Source of the DNA: a virus
Lineage: Duplodnaviria; Caudoviricetes
Strand: one strand, 5' to 3'
DNA length: 63,890 nucleotides
Virus record (IMG/VR): IMGVR_UViG_3300033182_000816
Span: 1 to 63,890 of that record
Both the position numbers and the translations under genes were made by a program. Numbering within the stretch: the first letter of the stretch is position 1; every line of letters starts with the position of its first letter. Below are positions 10,175-18,991 of the stretch, piece by piece. The notes beneath the pieces were generated by a model. It was given only the letters and a program-made list of their open reading frames with translations, did not search any database and had not been told where the DNA came from.

Positions 10175-10717
10175 ATGAAATTATATTTTTTTGCAAGCTC
10201 TTTTTACGGCGGGCGTCAAGTAAGAGTTATGCAACGATTACTTGAGAATTTAAAAGAAAAATACGATACAAAATTAGGTGTTGTATTTACAGACGAATCC
10301 CACTTTAATAATCCGTCAAAGGAAAGTATATTAGAGTTAGTTGCAGATAAAATTAACGAATCTAAAGATTATAAAGATTTGTTATTATTTTCAGGAGTAG
10401 GTATTTCTCTTCATATAAAAGCATTGTGGGAATTATATCCGGATGCACAATTTTTTATGATGAAACGCCACGGTAGAAACAAAGAGAATAATGATAAAAT
10501 TTTAATAGGTATAAACGATCCTAATGCAGATACTTCATGGATCAATGATTATAATCTTAATGTTAGACAAGGGATGAATTATGTGGCATCAGAAGCTGGT
10601 GCTTCGTGGGGATTTATAGATAGGCCAATTTTTAGAAGAAACGGCAGAGTTAATTATACTGAAGATAACCAAGCATCAGAAGAAACAACGGTACAAGTTA
10701 TTACGGTAAATATTTAA
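10175..10717 (+). CDS. Hypothetical protein, family X paralog 2
   Basis: LLFSGVGISLHIKALWELYPDA matches 3891..4406. Confidence 0.5.
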   Translation: MKLYFFASSFYGGRQVRVMQRLLENLKEKYDTKLGVVFTDESHFNNPSKESILELVADKINESKDYKDLLLFSGVGISLHIKALWELYPDAQFFMMKRHGRNKENNDKILIGINDPNADTSWINDYNLNVRQGMNYVASEAGASWGFIDRPIFRRNGRVNYTEDNQASEETTVQVITVNI

Positions 10718-10718
10718 A

Positions 10719-11687
10719 ATGAGTAAAAATATTACCAGAATCATCCCACACGATGAATGGGTAGAAAAACAAAAGGATCTAACTATTCGTCAGGCTGAGT
10801 GGTGGAAGAAAAAATTAAAACATCGTAAAGGTAAAGGACCTAACCCAGGAAGACCGCCAAGAGATTGGATTGACCCAGATACAGGGAAACAGAGCCGTTG
10901 GCTACAAGCAAAAACATTCAGCAATTATGACGAAACAAGATTTGGTCCTGACCCTATAGATACCGTTATCGATAGGCTTGGAATATTTGAAGGCCTTGAC
11001 TTCCAAAAAGATATAGCATATGGCGAAGAACATAACTTTGGACCTACTACGTTATTAGACAGAACCGGAACTCCAGAATACAGAGATCCTAATAGTTCTC
11101 ACTATCCAGGTAGTATGGTAAACGATGCAGAAAAAGTAGGTTTAAATTTAAATGACTTGCCAATGTTTGATAGTGCCCAGGGCGGAGAAAATTGTCAACT
11201 TATTTCTGAGTTTATTGGTTTAGATTATGATGCAGCACAAGCCGGAGCCCAACGTGACTATGGATACGATAGTTTTCATATTCAAAGACCAGGTCATTTT
11301 TTAATGTATCATCATGATCTGTATTATGCCGTTATACGTGATGCAGATATGGAACTTGGTTGGAAGCCTGAGAAATTAAGACGGTTTGTTATTTTCATGG
11401 AAGATTGGAAACCAGGCCATGTATGGATTGTAGGTAATACACATTACAGCCACTGGAGAGCCGGTGAATGCATTACTTGGAATTGGCAGGATATGCCACA
11501 CGGCACTGCTAATTTATCGTCAAGTTCGAGATACAGTTGGCATTTAACTGGATACATGACTGAGAAAAGTTTTAACTTTTACAATAATGGAAATAAAGAT
11601 ATGCGTTATGTCTTAAATGCCAACGGAACAGGGTTTGATACATATATACAAAGAGAGGATGGTAAGAGAGATTTATGTTCAATGTAA
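10719..11687 (+). CDS. 2OG-Fe(II) oxygenase / cupin, family A paralog 3
   Basis: HIQRPGH, HHD, EDWKPGH, GN.HY.HWRAG, WQDMPHGTAN, SRYS. Confidence 0.75.
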   Translation: MSKNITRIIPHDEWVEKQKDLTIRQAEWWKKKLKHRKGKGPNPGRPPRDWIDPDTGKQSRWLQAKTFSNYDETRFGPDPIDTVIDRLGIFEGLDFQKDIAYGEEHNFGPTTLLDRTGTPEYRDPNSSHYPGSMVNDAEKVGLNLNDLPMFDSAQGGENCQLISEFIGLDYDAAQAGAQRDYGYDSFHIQRPGHFLMYHHDLYYAVIRDADMELGWKPEKLRRFVIFMEDWKPGHVWIVGNTHYSHWRAGECITWNWQDMPHGTANLSSSSRYSWHLTGYMTEKSFNFYNNGNKDMRYVLNANGTGFDTYIQREDGKRDLCSM

Positions 11688-12382
11688 CATCAGAAAATTC
11701 AACTTTATGGTTTGTTGCAGGTGCCCCAGGGTCTGCTTGGAGTATGATCAGCCACAGATTGAAAAAGACATCGAAGTCTTTTGATTACTCAGACGAAACT
11801 CCAGAGCGTCAGTACAATCTTCCTGAAGAGCATAAAGAAAGAAGTTACGATATTGAAAATGATAAATGGAAAGGGAAAACACACATAGGGAGTTATTTTG
11901 GCCCATATCACGAGTTTGGCGAGCATTTTGATGATTTAACATATTACGATAACAACGTTGAAGATTTCTACAAAGAATGCTTAATTCCGTTTTCAGAGCC
12001 AATGGCAGAAGATAAAATTATTCGTTCTCATTGGTTCGCATACAACCTGGATTGGCTCTGGGAAAATTGTAAAGGACATAAAATGTTGCTCGTCTGGAGA
12101 GAACCCGTTGCTACTAAAAATTGGTGGTATCAAATGGGGGGATGGAATATTCATTTTCCTGTATATAAGTGGTACGACAACGACGAACGTATGTGGGAAA
12201 AAATTCAAGAAGAAAGTAACGCTATTTGGGAGTTTGGACAACGCAAAGGAGTTCAGTGGTTAGATTACGACAACGACAGCGAATGGATTGTAGAAATATT
12301 AGGGAGGAAAAGACATAGACCTAATGCTGCTAATCCAATAATGGAAGATATTATTAAAATAGGTTACCTTGAAATTTCTTAA
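11675..12382 (+). CDS. Sulfotransferase-like P-loop protein, subfamily C
   Basis: FVAGAPGSAWS, HIGSYFGP, IRSH, LLVWR. Confidence 0.55.
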   Translation: MFNVTSENSTLWFVAGAPGSAWSMISHRLKKTSKSFDYSDETPERQYNLPEEHKERSYDIENDKWKGKTHIGSYFGPYHEFGEHFDDLTYYDNNVEDFYKECLIPFSEPMAEDKIIRSHWFAYNLDWLWENCKGHKMLLVWREPVATKNWWYQMGGWNIHFPVYKWYDNDERMWEKIQEESNAIWEFGQRKGVQWLDYDNDSEWIVEILGRKRHRPNAANPIMEDIIKIGYLEIS

Positions 12383-12416
12383 ATTTGGTTAAATATACGA
12401 TAAAGGATGTAAAAAT

Positions 12417-13004
12417 ATGCCACAACTTCATATTATTATTGCAAAAATTGGATCAGGTTTTTCTTATGTTGCAGACGAATTAGAAAAGGCGCTGGTTGAT
12501 AAGCACAGCGATAGCAACAAAGTTGCTCAAGTAGGCAACGGCGGAATGAAACAATGGAAGCGTTTTATTCAAAACCCGGATGGTTCGAGCCCGAGCAGAG
12601 CAGTGCTAAGTTTTGTATCGGAAAGATTTCCAACATTTGTATCATTAAATCCTGAAGTTGAAGATCTTGTTCTTAGTGGGCCAGTTGTAATGATGAACTT
12701 AGATGCAATTATTAGAGACTATCCTGGATCTATCCTTTATTTTATTGACCGTGTTTCATCAGAAGAACTTAGCAATCAAGCAAGTAATTTTTACGCTAAT
12801 AACCCAACTAACGACGACGATGCATGGAACGCTCTTAATGCAGCCATTAATGATGCGTACGATAGTGCAGAGTCAACACACGGCCCGTCTATGCAGGTAT
12901 ATAAAAACTTTTTCTGGGATTTAGATGAAGAGGCAATTGTGGTTGAGCCAAGCGAAAAAACTACTTTATCTTATCTAAAACGTGTTGGAATAGTTACTTT
13001 ATAA
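12417..13004 (+). CDS. Hypothetical protein, family X paralog 3
   Basis: IIIAKIGSG N-terminus; DLVLSGP...RDYPGS motif. Confidence 0.45.
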   Translation: MPQLHIIIAKIGSGFSYVADELEKALVDKHSDSNKVAQVGNGGMKQWKRFIQNPDGSSPSRAVLSFVSERFPTFVSLNPEVEDLVLSGPVVMMNLDAIIRDYPGSILYFIDRVSSEELSNQASNFYANNPTNDDDAWNALNAAINDAYDSAESTHGPSMQVYKNFFWDLDEEAIVVEPSEKTTLSYLKRVGIVTL

Positions 13005-13559
13005 GTAAGTTCCGTCTACGTCAACTACGAGATGAATTCTGTCAGTAGAGCCGCCATTAACAACTCTATGTTCGAACTCTAAGTTTCTAACTTCATAAAC
13101 TGTATCGAGTTTCATATTAACTCTTAATTTTCCTCCATACCAATAACAGTCGTTGTTAGTTTGGATAGGAATATGAAATCTATGAATGTTTTCTGGATGA
13201 GGGTATACGTCTACGTGTTTATACACTTCTTGTCCTGCTGGTAGCATAATCAAACAAGCAGCCCACTCGCCAACATTCATTACATTACGTAATTCGTTCA
13301 ATACGCTGTTAACTTCGGGCGCAAACGTTGGCATGATATCATGCTCTAACATATGGCCTTCTTCAAAGTACATATCAGCATCTGTTTTTCCTGCAGGATT
13401 TGGAACAGATCTTAAAAAGATACTTTTTGTATGTCTATGCGGTGAAAACGTTTCCTGTCTACCAGTAACAAGATCCCACATTTCGTTAGTAACTTTAGCC
13501 GCCATTCCTGCTGAAATGTGACTATTTAATTCAAATAACTTTTTAATAGGTGTGTTCAT
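12999..13559 (-). CDS. Asp/Asn beta-hydroxylase-domain 2OG-Fe(II) oxygenase
   Basis: LPAGQEVYKHVD, RFHIPIQTN, EHRVVNGGSTDRIHLVVD. Confidence 0.85.
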   Translation of the reverse strand: MNTPIKKLFELNSHISAGMAAKVTNEMWDLVTGRQETFSPHRHTKSIFLRSVPNPAGKTDADMYFEEGHMLEHDIMPTFAPEVNSVLNELRNVMNVGEWAACLIMLPAGQEVYKHVDVYPHPENIHRFHIPIQTNNDCYWYGGKLRVNMKLDTVYEVRNLEFEHRVVNGGSTDRIHLVVDVDGTYL

Positions 13560-13564
13560 ACTAC

Positions 13565-13586
13565 TATTTATGCCTTAGAATAAATA
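13565..13586. promoter_or_regulatory. Back-to-back T4-like late promoters (TAAATA on both strands)
   Basis: rc TAAATA 13565-13570 and TAAATA 13581-13586 between divergent genes. Confidence 0.55.
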
Positions 13587-13635
13587 CAACTATAAAAAGA
13601 CTTATCCATATTTGACAGTTAAGCAAGGAGAAAAC

Positions 13636-14280
13636 ATGAACTATCATCTTGTATATACACTTCCCGGACAGGGCGGTCAATACGTTACAGAATCATTAAT
13701 TAGAAAATTAGGAAGAAAAAACGGAAGTCGGTTTAGTGCTGAACTTTTTCAATGGGGAGCATACAGTAAGTGGCGTCCTACTACTCCTTATGACGTTGAT
13801 AAATTTTTAAGAAGATTACAAGAGCGAGTAGATAAACACGAAGGTCAACAGCCCGGCGGATATATTTTACAAGATGTGGTTATTACAGGTCCTGGACTGA
13901 TTCACCCAGCAAACTTTTTTGAAGCCTTTCCGTCATTAGAAAATCAAAAAAGATACTATGTGGCACCAGCAGAGTGGTCAGGACAAGCAAATAAAATATT
14001 AATTAATAAGAATGCACAATTTTTAAATAATGTTAATGCATATAGAAATCTTCGTGATAGAGTAGCCAACTCTAAGTTAGACGAAACTGTGCTATCTTCA
14101 GTGTCGGCTCCGTTTAGAGACTTAGTTTCTAAATATTATCAAAACCTATCAGAATTAGGAAGACCTTTTGTGCCATTTGAGTCTTGGGCTCTTGACGAAT
14201 CAAACGAGATTGTTGTAAATTCAGTTGACGGCAAGCCTTTAAGACACAGCGACAGAAATATTAAAATCGCTATCGCTTAA
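13636..14280 (+). CDS. Hypothetical protein, family X paralog 4
   Basis: SD AAGGAG then ATG 13636; LVYTLPGQGG and DVVITGPG...EAFP motifs. Confidence 0.45.
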   Translation: MNYHLVYTLPGQGGQYVTESLIRKLGRKNGSRFSAELFQWGAYSKWRPTTPYDVDKFLRRLQERVDKHEGQQPGGYILQDVVITGPGLIHPANFFEAFPSLENQKRYYVAPAEWSGQANKILINKNAQFLNNVNAYRNLRDRVANSKLDETVLSSVSAPFRDLVSKYYQNLSELGRPFVPFESWALDESNEIVVNSVDGKPLRHSDRNIKIAIA

Positions 14281-15105
14281 TAATATTTTGTACCTGTCGT
14301 CTACATTATCGAGAGACAGGTACATTTTTATTTCTTCAATATTAATACTATTCCAATTAATGTTTAGTACCTTTGTAGATGTATTCTCTTTTTGAACTGT
14401 TACGTTGTTAATATATTCAAAAAGCCATTTTGTATATTCAACATCAAATGAACTATCATACACAGGTACATTTTTAACTGTCCACGCCCAATAATCTCTA
14501 TAAGTTGCATCTTTATTTTTAGATAATAACTCGTCTACAACATTGGCATACTCGTTTTTATATGCTGGCTTTAATTTTTTATTTCTTAAAATTATAGGAA
14601 ATAATGCGGTTGTACTTTTATAACGTTCTACAACACTACTAAAATCAGAATCAATAAGATTTATAATTTTTGCATTTGGAAATCGAGAAGCAATATAGTC
14701 CGGCGAGTCGTGTACAACCCAAGACACGTAGACGTCTTTATTGAGTAAATCTTGAGCGCAACACATTTTCATTTGCTCAAACCACACAGTATTATAAAAA
14801 TATTCTAAATCTTCAACATTCCAATAACGTTCAATCCTTTCGCCAACAAGTGGAATTGTTGTTCCGTTAACATATCGATCATAATGGTAGGGACTAATGT
14901 CTTTTCCAGTAACTCGCTGGTCGCCTTCACTATTAGGTCTATTGCAAAATATGTCCCAAGGAGATTTACCATTTCGGTCATCAGCATACCAATGTACCTT
15001 GTCGAAACAACTTACTAATCTACCCAAGCGAAACCCGCCTCCGGCTGGACTTGCACATATAAACAACAATTTGTCGCTGTTAATAATGTCGTTGCCCATA
15101 TTCAT
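14239..15105 (-). CDS. Sulfotransferase-like P-loop protein, subfamily B
   Basis: FICASPAGGGFRLGR, WY...RN, HDSP....RFPNAKII; paralog of 6345..7040. Confidence 0.5.
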   Translation of the reverse strand: MNMGNDIINSDKLLFICASPAGGGFRLGRLVSCFDKVHWYADDRNGKSPWDIFCNRPNSEGDQRVTGKDISPYHYDRYVNGTTIPLVGERIERYWNVEDLEYFYNTVWFEQMKMCCAQDLLNKDVYVSWVVHDSPDYIASRFPNAKIINLIDSDFSSVVERYKSTTALFPIILRNKKLKPAYKNEYANVVDELLSKNKDATYRDYWAWTVKNVPVYDSSFDVEYTKWLFEYINNVTVQKENTSTKVLNINWNSINIEEIKMYLSLDNVDDRYKILLSDSDFNISVAVS

Positions 15106-15658
15106 CTCTTGCTTGTTTATACTTAGAAATATTTAACTTCCATACACTTTGGTCTGTATAGAAAAGTTCCATCTTTTCTACAACACATTCTACAATACCT
15201 TGCCTTTCTAATAATTTAAAAATGCTATGACTTTTTGACATGGACTTAATACCATCTGGATTACTCCAATTTGTAGTTATAACAATATCGTCATATCCTT
15301 CCATGCTTGCCCATGTAATCTGTCTCGGTAAATGAAAAAAGAATGGGATAGAATTCATGTGTGTTTTTGTTAACTTTCCTGTCCAGTTTTGATATTTAGG
15401 CAACGTTGCTCCTCTAAACAACCCTCTATACACATTACCAACTTCTGGTAAAGGGTGGCACCCGCTTACAGACACGATCTTATGATAATTGTCATCCCAA
15501 GTTAGGTAGAACTGTCCGTTGTTTTCGAGACACCAATCAAGTCTCATTGCTTTTAGACTCTTGTTATTATCGTAACCCAAGTGTTCGCATTCCTTACAGA
15601 ACTGTTCCAACTTGGGGATATCATTTTCAGTAAACGGAGTTGTTATTAAATTCATCAT
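15080..15658 (-). CDS. GNAT-like acyltransferase
   Basis: IVSVSGCH beta strands, R..FRGATLPKY motif A-like segment, IVITTN. Confidence 0.5.
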   Translation of the reverse strand: MMNLITTPFTENDIPKLEQFCKECEHLGYDNNKSLKAMRLDWCLENNGQFYLTWDDNYHKIVSVSGCHPLPEVGNVYRGLFRGATLPKYQNWTGKLTKTHMNSIPFFFHLPRQITWASMEGYDDIVITTNWSNPDGIKSMSKSHSIFKLLERQGIVECVVEKMELFYTDQSVWKLNISKYKQARDEYGQRHY

Positions 15659-16344
15659 GCTCTTCCGTTGTAGTATAAGTTTGAATTTTGAAAAATTACC
15701 TTATCGCCTGTATCATACCAATCGTCGTATATAGAAATATCTCCTCTTACAAAAAGCCTACCGTCTACAACTCTCCATATACAAAAATAATTATTACCTA
15801 AGATCGTTGTTCCTGCCGGAGAAGTATTTTCATCAATTTGATCTATATCAATGTATGTTTTATTGATTGCTATTGGCCCAACTTCTGTCATTCCCCAGTT
15901 AGCAATAAACGTTGCTCCCCGTTTGACAAATTCTCTAATAATGTTCCATTCTACTCTATCGCTACCACAGGTAACGGTGATACCATTAAAGGTTGCTTCC
16001 CTAAAACCTTTAGTACCCATTATTGCTTTTGCATGATCTGGAGTTAAATGCGTATGTGTGTAATTATGTATTACTCTCATAAAACGATAAGCATTAAAAT
16101 CTTCAATAGTAACTTTTGCTCCTATACTATGTGCAGGTAATGTTTGTGCCAAGAGCCCACCTGCGTGTTGCGTTTTGCAGACTGTATATACCTTGCTATT
16201 TTTGGATAACTTTTGACTTTCAATTGCTGCTCGATTAGCCGCCCGAAGTTTTTCCGGAGTTTGGAACAACTGTTTTGGAGTTCCTGTGGTACCAGAACTT
16301 AAAAGTGTAATACCATTTTTTAATATACTATCTAAATTGAGCAT
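15655..16344 (-). CDS. Minimal ANL-family adenylation (AMP-binding) enzyme
   Basis: SSGTTGTPK (A3), HAGG (A4), NWGMTE (A5), YDTGD (A7), GR (A8); ends there. Confidence 0.8.
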   Translation of the reverse strand: MLNLDSILKNGITLLSSGTTGTPKQLFQTPEKLRAANRAAIESQKLSKNSKVYTVCKTQHAGGLLAQTLPAHSIGAKVTIEDFNAYRFMRVIHNYTHTHLTPDHAKAIMGTKGFREATFNGITVTCGSDRVEWNIIREFVKRGATFIANWGMTEVGPIAINKTYIDIDQIDENTSPAGTTILGNNYFCIWRVVDGRLFVRGDISIYDDWYDTGDKVIFQNSNLYYNGRA

Positions 16345-16374
16345 CGTTCTTCTGTTATTTAACAACCACATCTA

Positions 16375-16402
16375 TTGACATCTACATATCTGGCTGTATA
16401 AT
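16375..16402 (+). promoter_or_regulatory. sigma70-type early promoter
   Basis: TTGACA-N16-TATAAT. Confidence 0.7.
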
Positions 16403-16454
16403 TAAAAGTGTGGCAGAATTGTTTTGTCACGTATTTTTAAGGAAAAATATAGTT

Positions 16455-16637
16455 ATGAATACAACAGAACAACTACAAGCAGCAATGGAAACATATCTTG
16501 CTGAAAATGAAAAGCACGCAGGCGGCAATGGTGCTGCTGGCACTCGTGCTCGCAAGGCATTGCAAGAAATGGCTAAACTTGTTAAAGAACGTCGTAAGGA
16601 AATTACTGACGAGAAGAATGCACGAAAGGCTGCTTAA
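16455..16637 (+). CDS. Histone H1-like protein (Hc1 family)
   Basis: GNGAAGTRARKAL.E..KL.KE.RK resembles the Hc1 GNKAA..R.R motif. Confidence 0.65.
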   Translation: MNTTEQLQAAMETYLAENEKHAGGNGAAGTRARKALQEMAKLVKERRKEITDEKNARKAA

Positions 16638-17203
16638 TGGAAATAGACAAGGATGCGTTTTCTACAAGCCAAGTATTAAGTAAACTTTGGTTAGCAGAAA
16701 AGTTAGAGCAGGTTGTTAAATTTAACGATGTATCTAATCCATTACGCATACTTTGTTTAGGTGGTTGGTACGGGCTTACTAACTTTATTTTACAATCAAG
16801 AAACAATTTAAATATCGAACTGTTTCGAAGTGTAGATATAGACGAAGAAGCCTGTACCAATGCCGATTTAATTAACAAAGCCTGGGAATGGCAAGCATGG
16901 CAATTTAAATCTATTGTCGACGATGCAAACACATTCCAATACACTAAGGATGATTTTAACCTTGTGATTAACACAAGTTCAGAGCATATAGGATCAACCC
17001 AGTGGTTTGATAACATACCAGAAGGAATTTTAACTGTTATACAAAGCAACAATATGCCGCACGATGATCATTGTCATAATCACACATCAGTGGAAGATTT
17101 ATCAAAAGAGTTTCCGTTAACAACAACATTATTTGAAGGATCGAAAAATTTTGTTTACCCGGACTGGTCTTTTGATCGTTACATGATTATAGGGGAAAAA
17201 TGA
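16637..17203 (+). CDS. SAM methyltransferase-like protein
   Basis: LCLGGWYG motif I variant, SVDID, VINTSSEH. Confidence 0.65.
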   Translation: MEIDKDAFSTSQVLSKLWLAEKLEQVVKFNDVSNPLRILCLGGWYGLTNFILQSRNNLNIELFRSVDIDEEACTNADLINKAWEWQAWQFKSIVDDANTFQYTKDDFNLVINTSSEHIGSTQWFDNIPEGILTVIQSNNMPHDDHCHNHTSVEDLSKEFPLTTTLFEGSKNFVYPDWSFDRYMIIGEK

Positions 17204-17601
17204 TGGGAGATGACATTAAAATTGATCTCGATGCATTAGACGACTACGTAACTGATTACGATGATAGAGCAGCCAATTCTTACACCATTACAATAGGTGA
17301 CGATTATTCCAACCGTTACGGCGTAACTGGTATGAGCGGTGATTTTGGTAACATTACCTGGGGACACGACAGTACATTTAATAAGGGATTAAACATCGAC
17401 GAAGATGGTGATATCACATTAGGCAAAACAAGTTTAAAAGACTTTATAAGCAAAGTAGAGAAACGTCTTGCTATTTTGCAACCAAACGAAGAACTTGAAG
17501 AACAGTGGGAAGAATTAAAAGCACTGGGCGACAAGTATAGAGAGCTCGAAGCACAACTTAACGAGCGTAACAAAATTATGGATATTTTAAAGGAAAAATA
17601 A
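17200..17601 (+). CDS. Hypothetical phage protein (C-terminal coiled coil)
   Basis: Coupled ORF; no recognised motif. Confidence 0.55.
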   Translation: MMGDDIKIDLDALDDYVTDYDDRAANSYTITIGDDYSNRYGVTGMSGDFGNITWGHDSTFNKGLNIDEDGDITLGKTSLKDFISKVEKRLAILQPNEELEEQWEELKALGDKYRELEAQLNERNKIMDILKEK

Positions 17602-18272
17602 TGCAGGTAAAATTAGTTTCGTATTCGCAACCCACAGAGGAGTTTGCAGCACAAGGTATCGATAACGCACAAGAACTGATTGCATTTTGTGCGAGGGTTT
17701 CTAATCCGAGTAATCAAATGAATACCGAAACAAGCGAAAAACTTATTCGCTATCTTATTAAACACGCACACTGGTCGCCACTTGAGATGGTAAGTGCTAC
17801 ATTAGAGATTGACACTACACGAGATATCGCACATCAAATTGTACGTCATCGTTCATTTAGTTTCCAAGAGTTTAGTCAACGGTATGCTGACCCTGCTGAG
17901 TTTGGTAATCAATTTGTTGTTCGCGAAGCACGACTGCAGGATATGAAAAATCGGCAGAACTCTATTGAAACTCAAGATAGCCAACTAATTTTAGATTGGG
18001 AAGAAAAACAACAAGAAGTTATCGATGCCGCTAAAAAAGCATACAGGTGGGCAATTGACCACGGCATTGCTAAAGAACAGGCTCGTGCAGTATTACCAGA
18101 AGGTTGTACTAAAACACGACTATATATGAACGGTACATTACGTTCGTGGGTACACTACATTGAACTGAGAGGTGCAAATGGAACTCAAAAAGAACATATG
18201 GAGATCGCTAAAGCCTGTGCTAAAGTCATCGCGGAAATCTTCCCCATGGCGGAATCACTTATCGATGGATGA
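17601..18272 (+). CDS. thyX: FAD-dependent thymidylate synthase
   Basis: ARVS, H.SPLE, RHRSFSFQEFSQRY signature, EQARAVLP. Confidence 0.97.
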   Translation: MQVKLVSYSQPTEEFAAQGIDNAQELIAFCARVSNPSNQMNTETSEKLIRYLIKHAHWSPLEMVSATLEIDTTRDIAHQIVRHRSFSFQEFSQRYADPAEFGNQFVVREARLQDMKNRQNSIETQDSQLILDWEEKQQEVIDAAKKAYRWAIDHGIAKEQARAVLPEGCTKTRLYMNGTLRSWVHYIELRGANGTQKEHMEIAKACAKVIAEIFPMAESLIDG

Positions 18273-18648
18273 GAAACGTAAAACTTTCCTCGACAGATAC
18301 GAAGTTAAAGTTCTAAACGACGATAAGCCTTGCCTACGTAGAAGTCGAAAATATAAGTTCTTTTCAGATCCGAAAAATGCTTCTTATATTACAGAAGAAC
18401 CTGAGAAAACAGAAGTAGATAGATTAGTAACTTTACAAATACCTGAGTTCTATCTTAACAGACTTATTGAAATAGAAAACAAGTTCTTTGCCGGCGAAAG
18501 TAATAACGATGTTGTTCGACGTATGTTTGATACTTTTATAGATAAAGAGTTTGAAGAAGCAGCATTAAGAAACAACAGCGAAGCAATACGTAAAGCCTAC
18601 GAGCATTACAGTATGCTCTTACACCTGGCAGGAAAGGAAGCAAAATGA
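18265..18648 (+). CDS. Hypothetical protein
   Basis: Start at ATG overlapping the thyX stop region. Confidence 0.55.
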   Translation: MDEKRKTFLDRYEVKVLNDDKPCLRRSRKYKFFSDPKNASYITEEPEKTEVDRLVTLQIPEFYLNRLIEIENKFFAGESNNDVVRRMFDTFIDKEFEEAALRNNSEAIRKAYEHYSMLLHLAGKEAK

Positions 18649-18812
18649 AACTACTCTTGGCACATATCTTATTCTATTTTGGAGATTTTGTATCCAAAAT
18701 AATGTATCTCCCATTGACAGGGTGGCTCTATCCAGTGTATAATAAGTTAATGATTTGGAGTTCAAACTTAGACGACGACGGTGTAATATGGAAAAAACCC
18801 GATGGGCAATAA
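18645..18812 (+). CDS. Small hypothetical protein (55 aa, not in ORF track)
   Basis: ATGA coupling and SD AAGGA; MKLLLAHILFYFGDFVSK...WKKPDGQ. Confidence 0.5.
   Translation: MKLLLAHILFYFGDFVSKIMYLPLTGWLYPVYNKLMIWSSNLDDDGVIWKKPDGQ
18714..18743 (+). promoter_or_regulatory. sigma70-type promoter inside a small ORF
   Basis: TTGACA-N18-TATAAT. Confidence 0.55.
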
Positions 18813-18991
18813 TGGTCTGCATCGATGTAGATGAAGACGATTGGATTTACGTCACTAAACAAAAGGATGCTTGCGCTTGGCCAGAGCCGGTGCTATTTGA
18901 TAACATAGAAGAAGCATTCAAATACTCAGATGCTTGGCGCTTGCCAGGTAAAGAACAAAATGTACAGGTGGTAGCATACAATGACACTTAA
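18788..18991 (+). CDS. Hypothetical protein
   Basis: ATG 18788, coupled to next gene. Confidence 0.5.
   Translation: MEKTRWAIMVCIDVDEDDWIYVTKQKDACAWPEPVLFDNIEEAFKYSDAWRLPGKEQNVQVVAYNDT

Noticed and set aside
13612-13640. TTGACA upstream of 13636 as a sigma70 promoter or TTG start
   Set aside because: No -10 at the right spacing; the SD supports the ATG at 13636.
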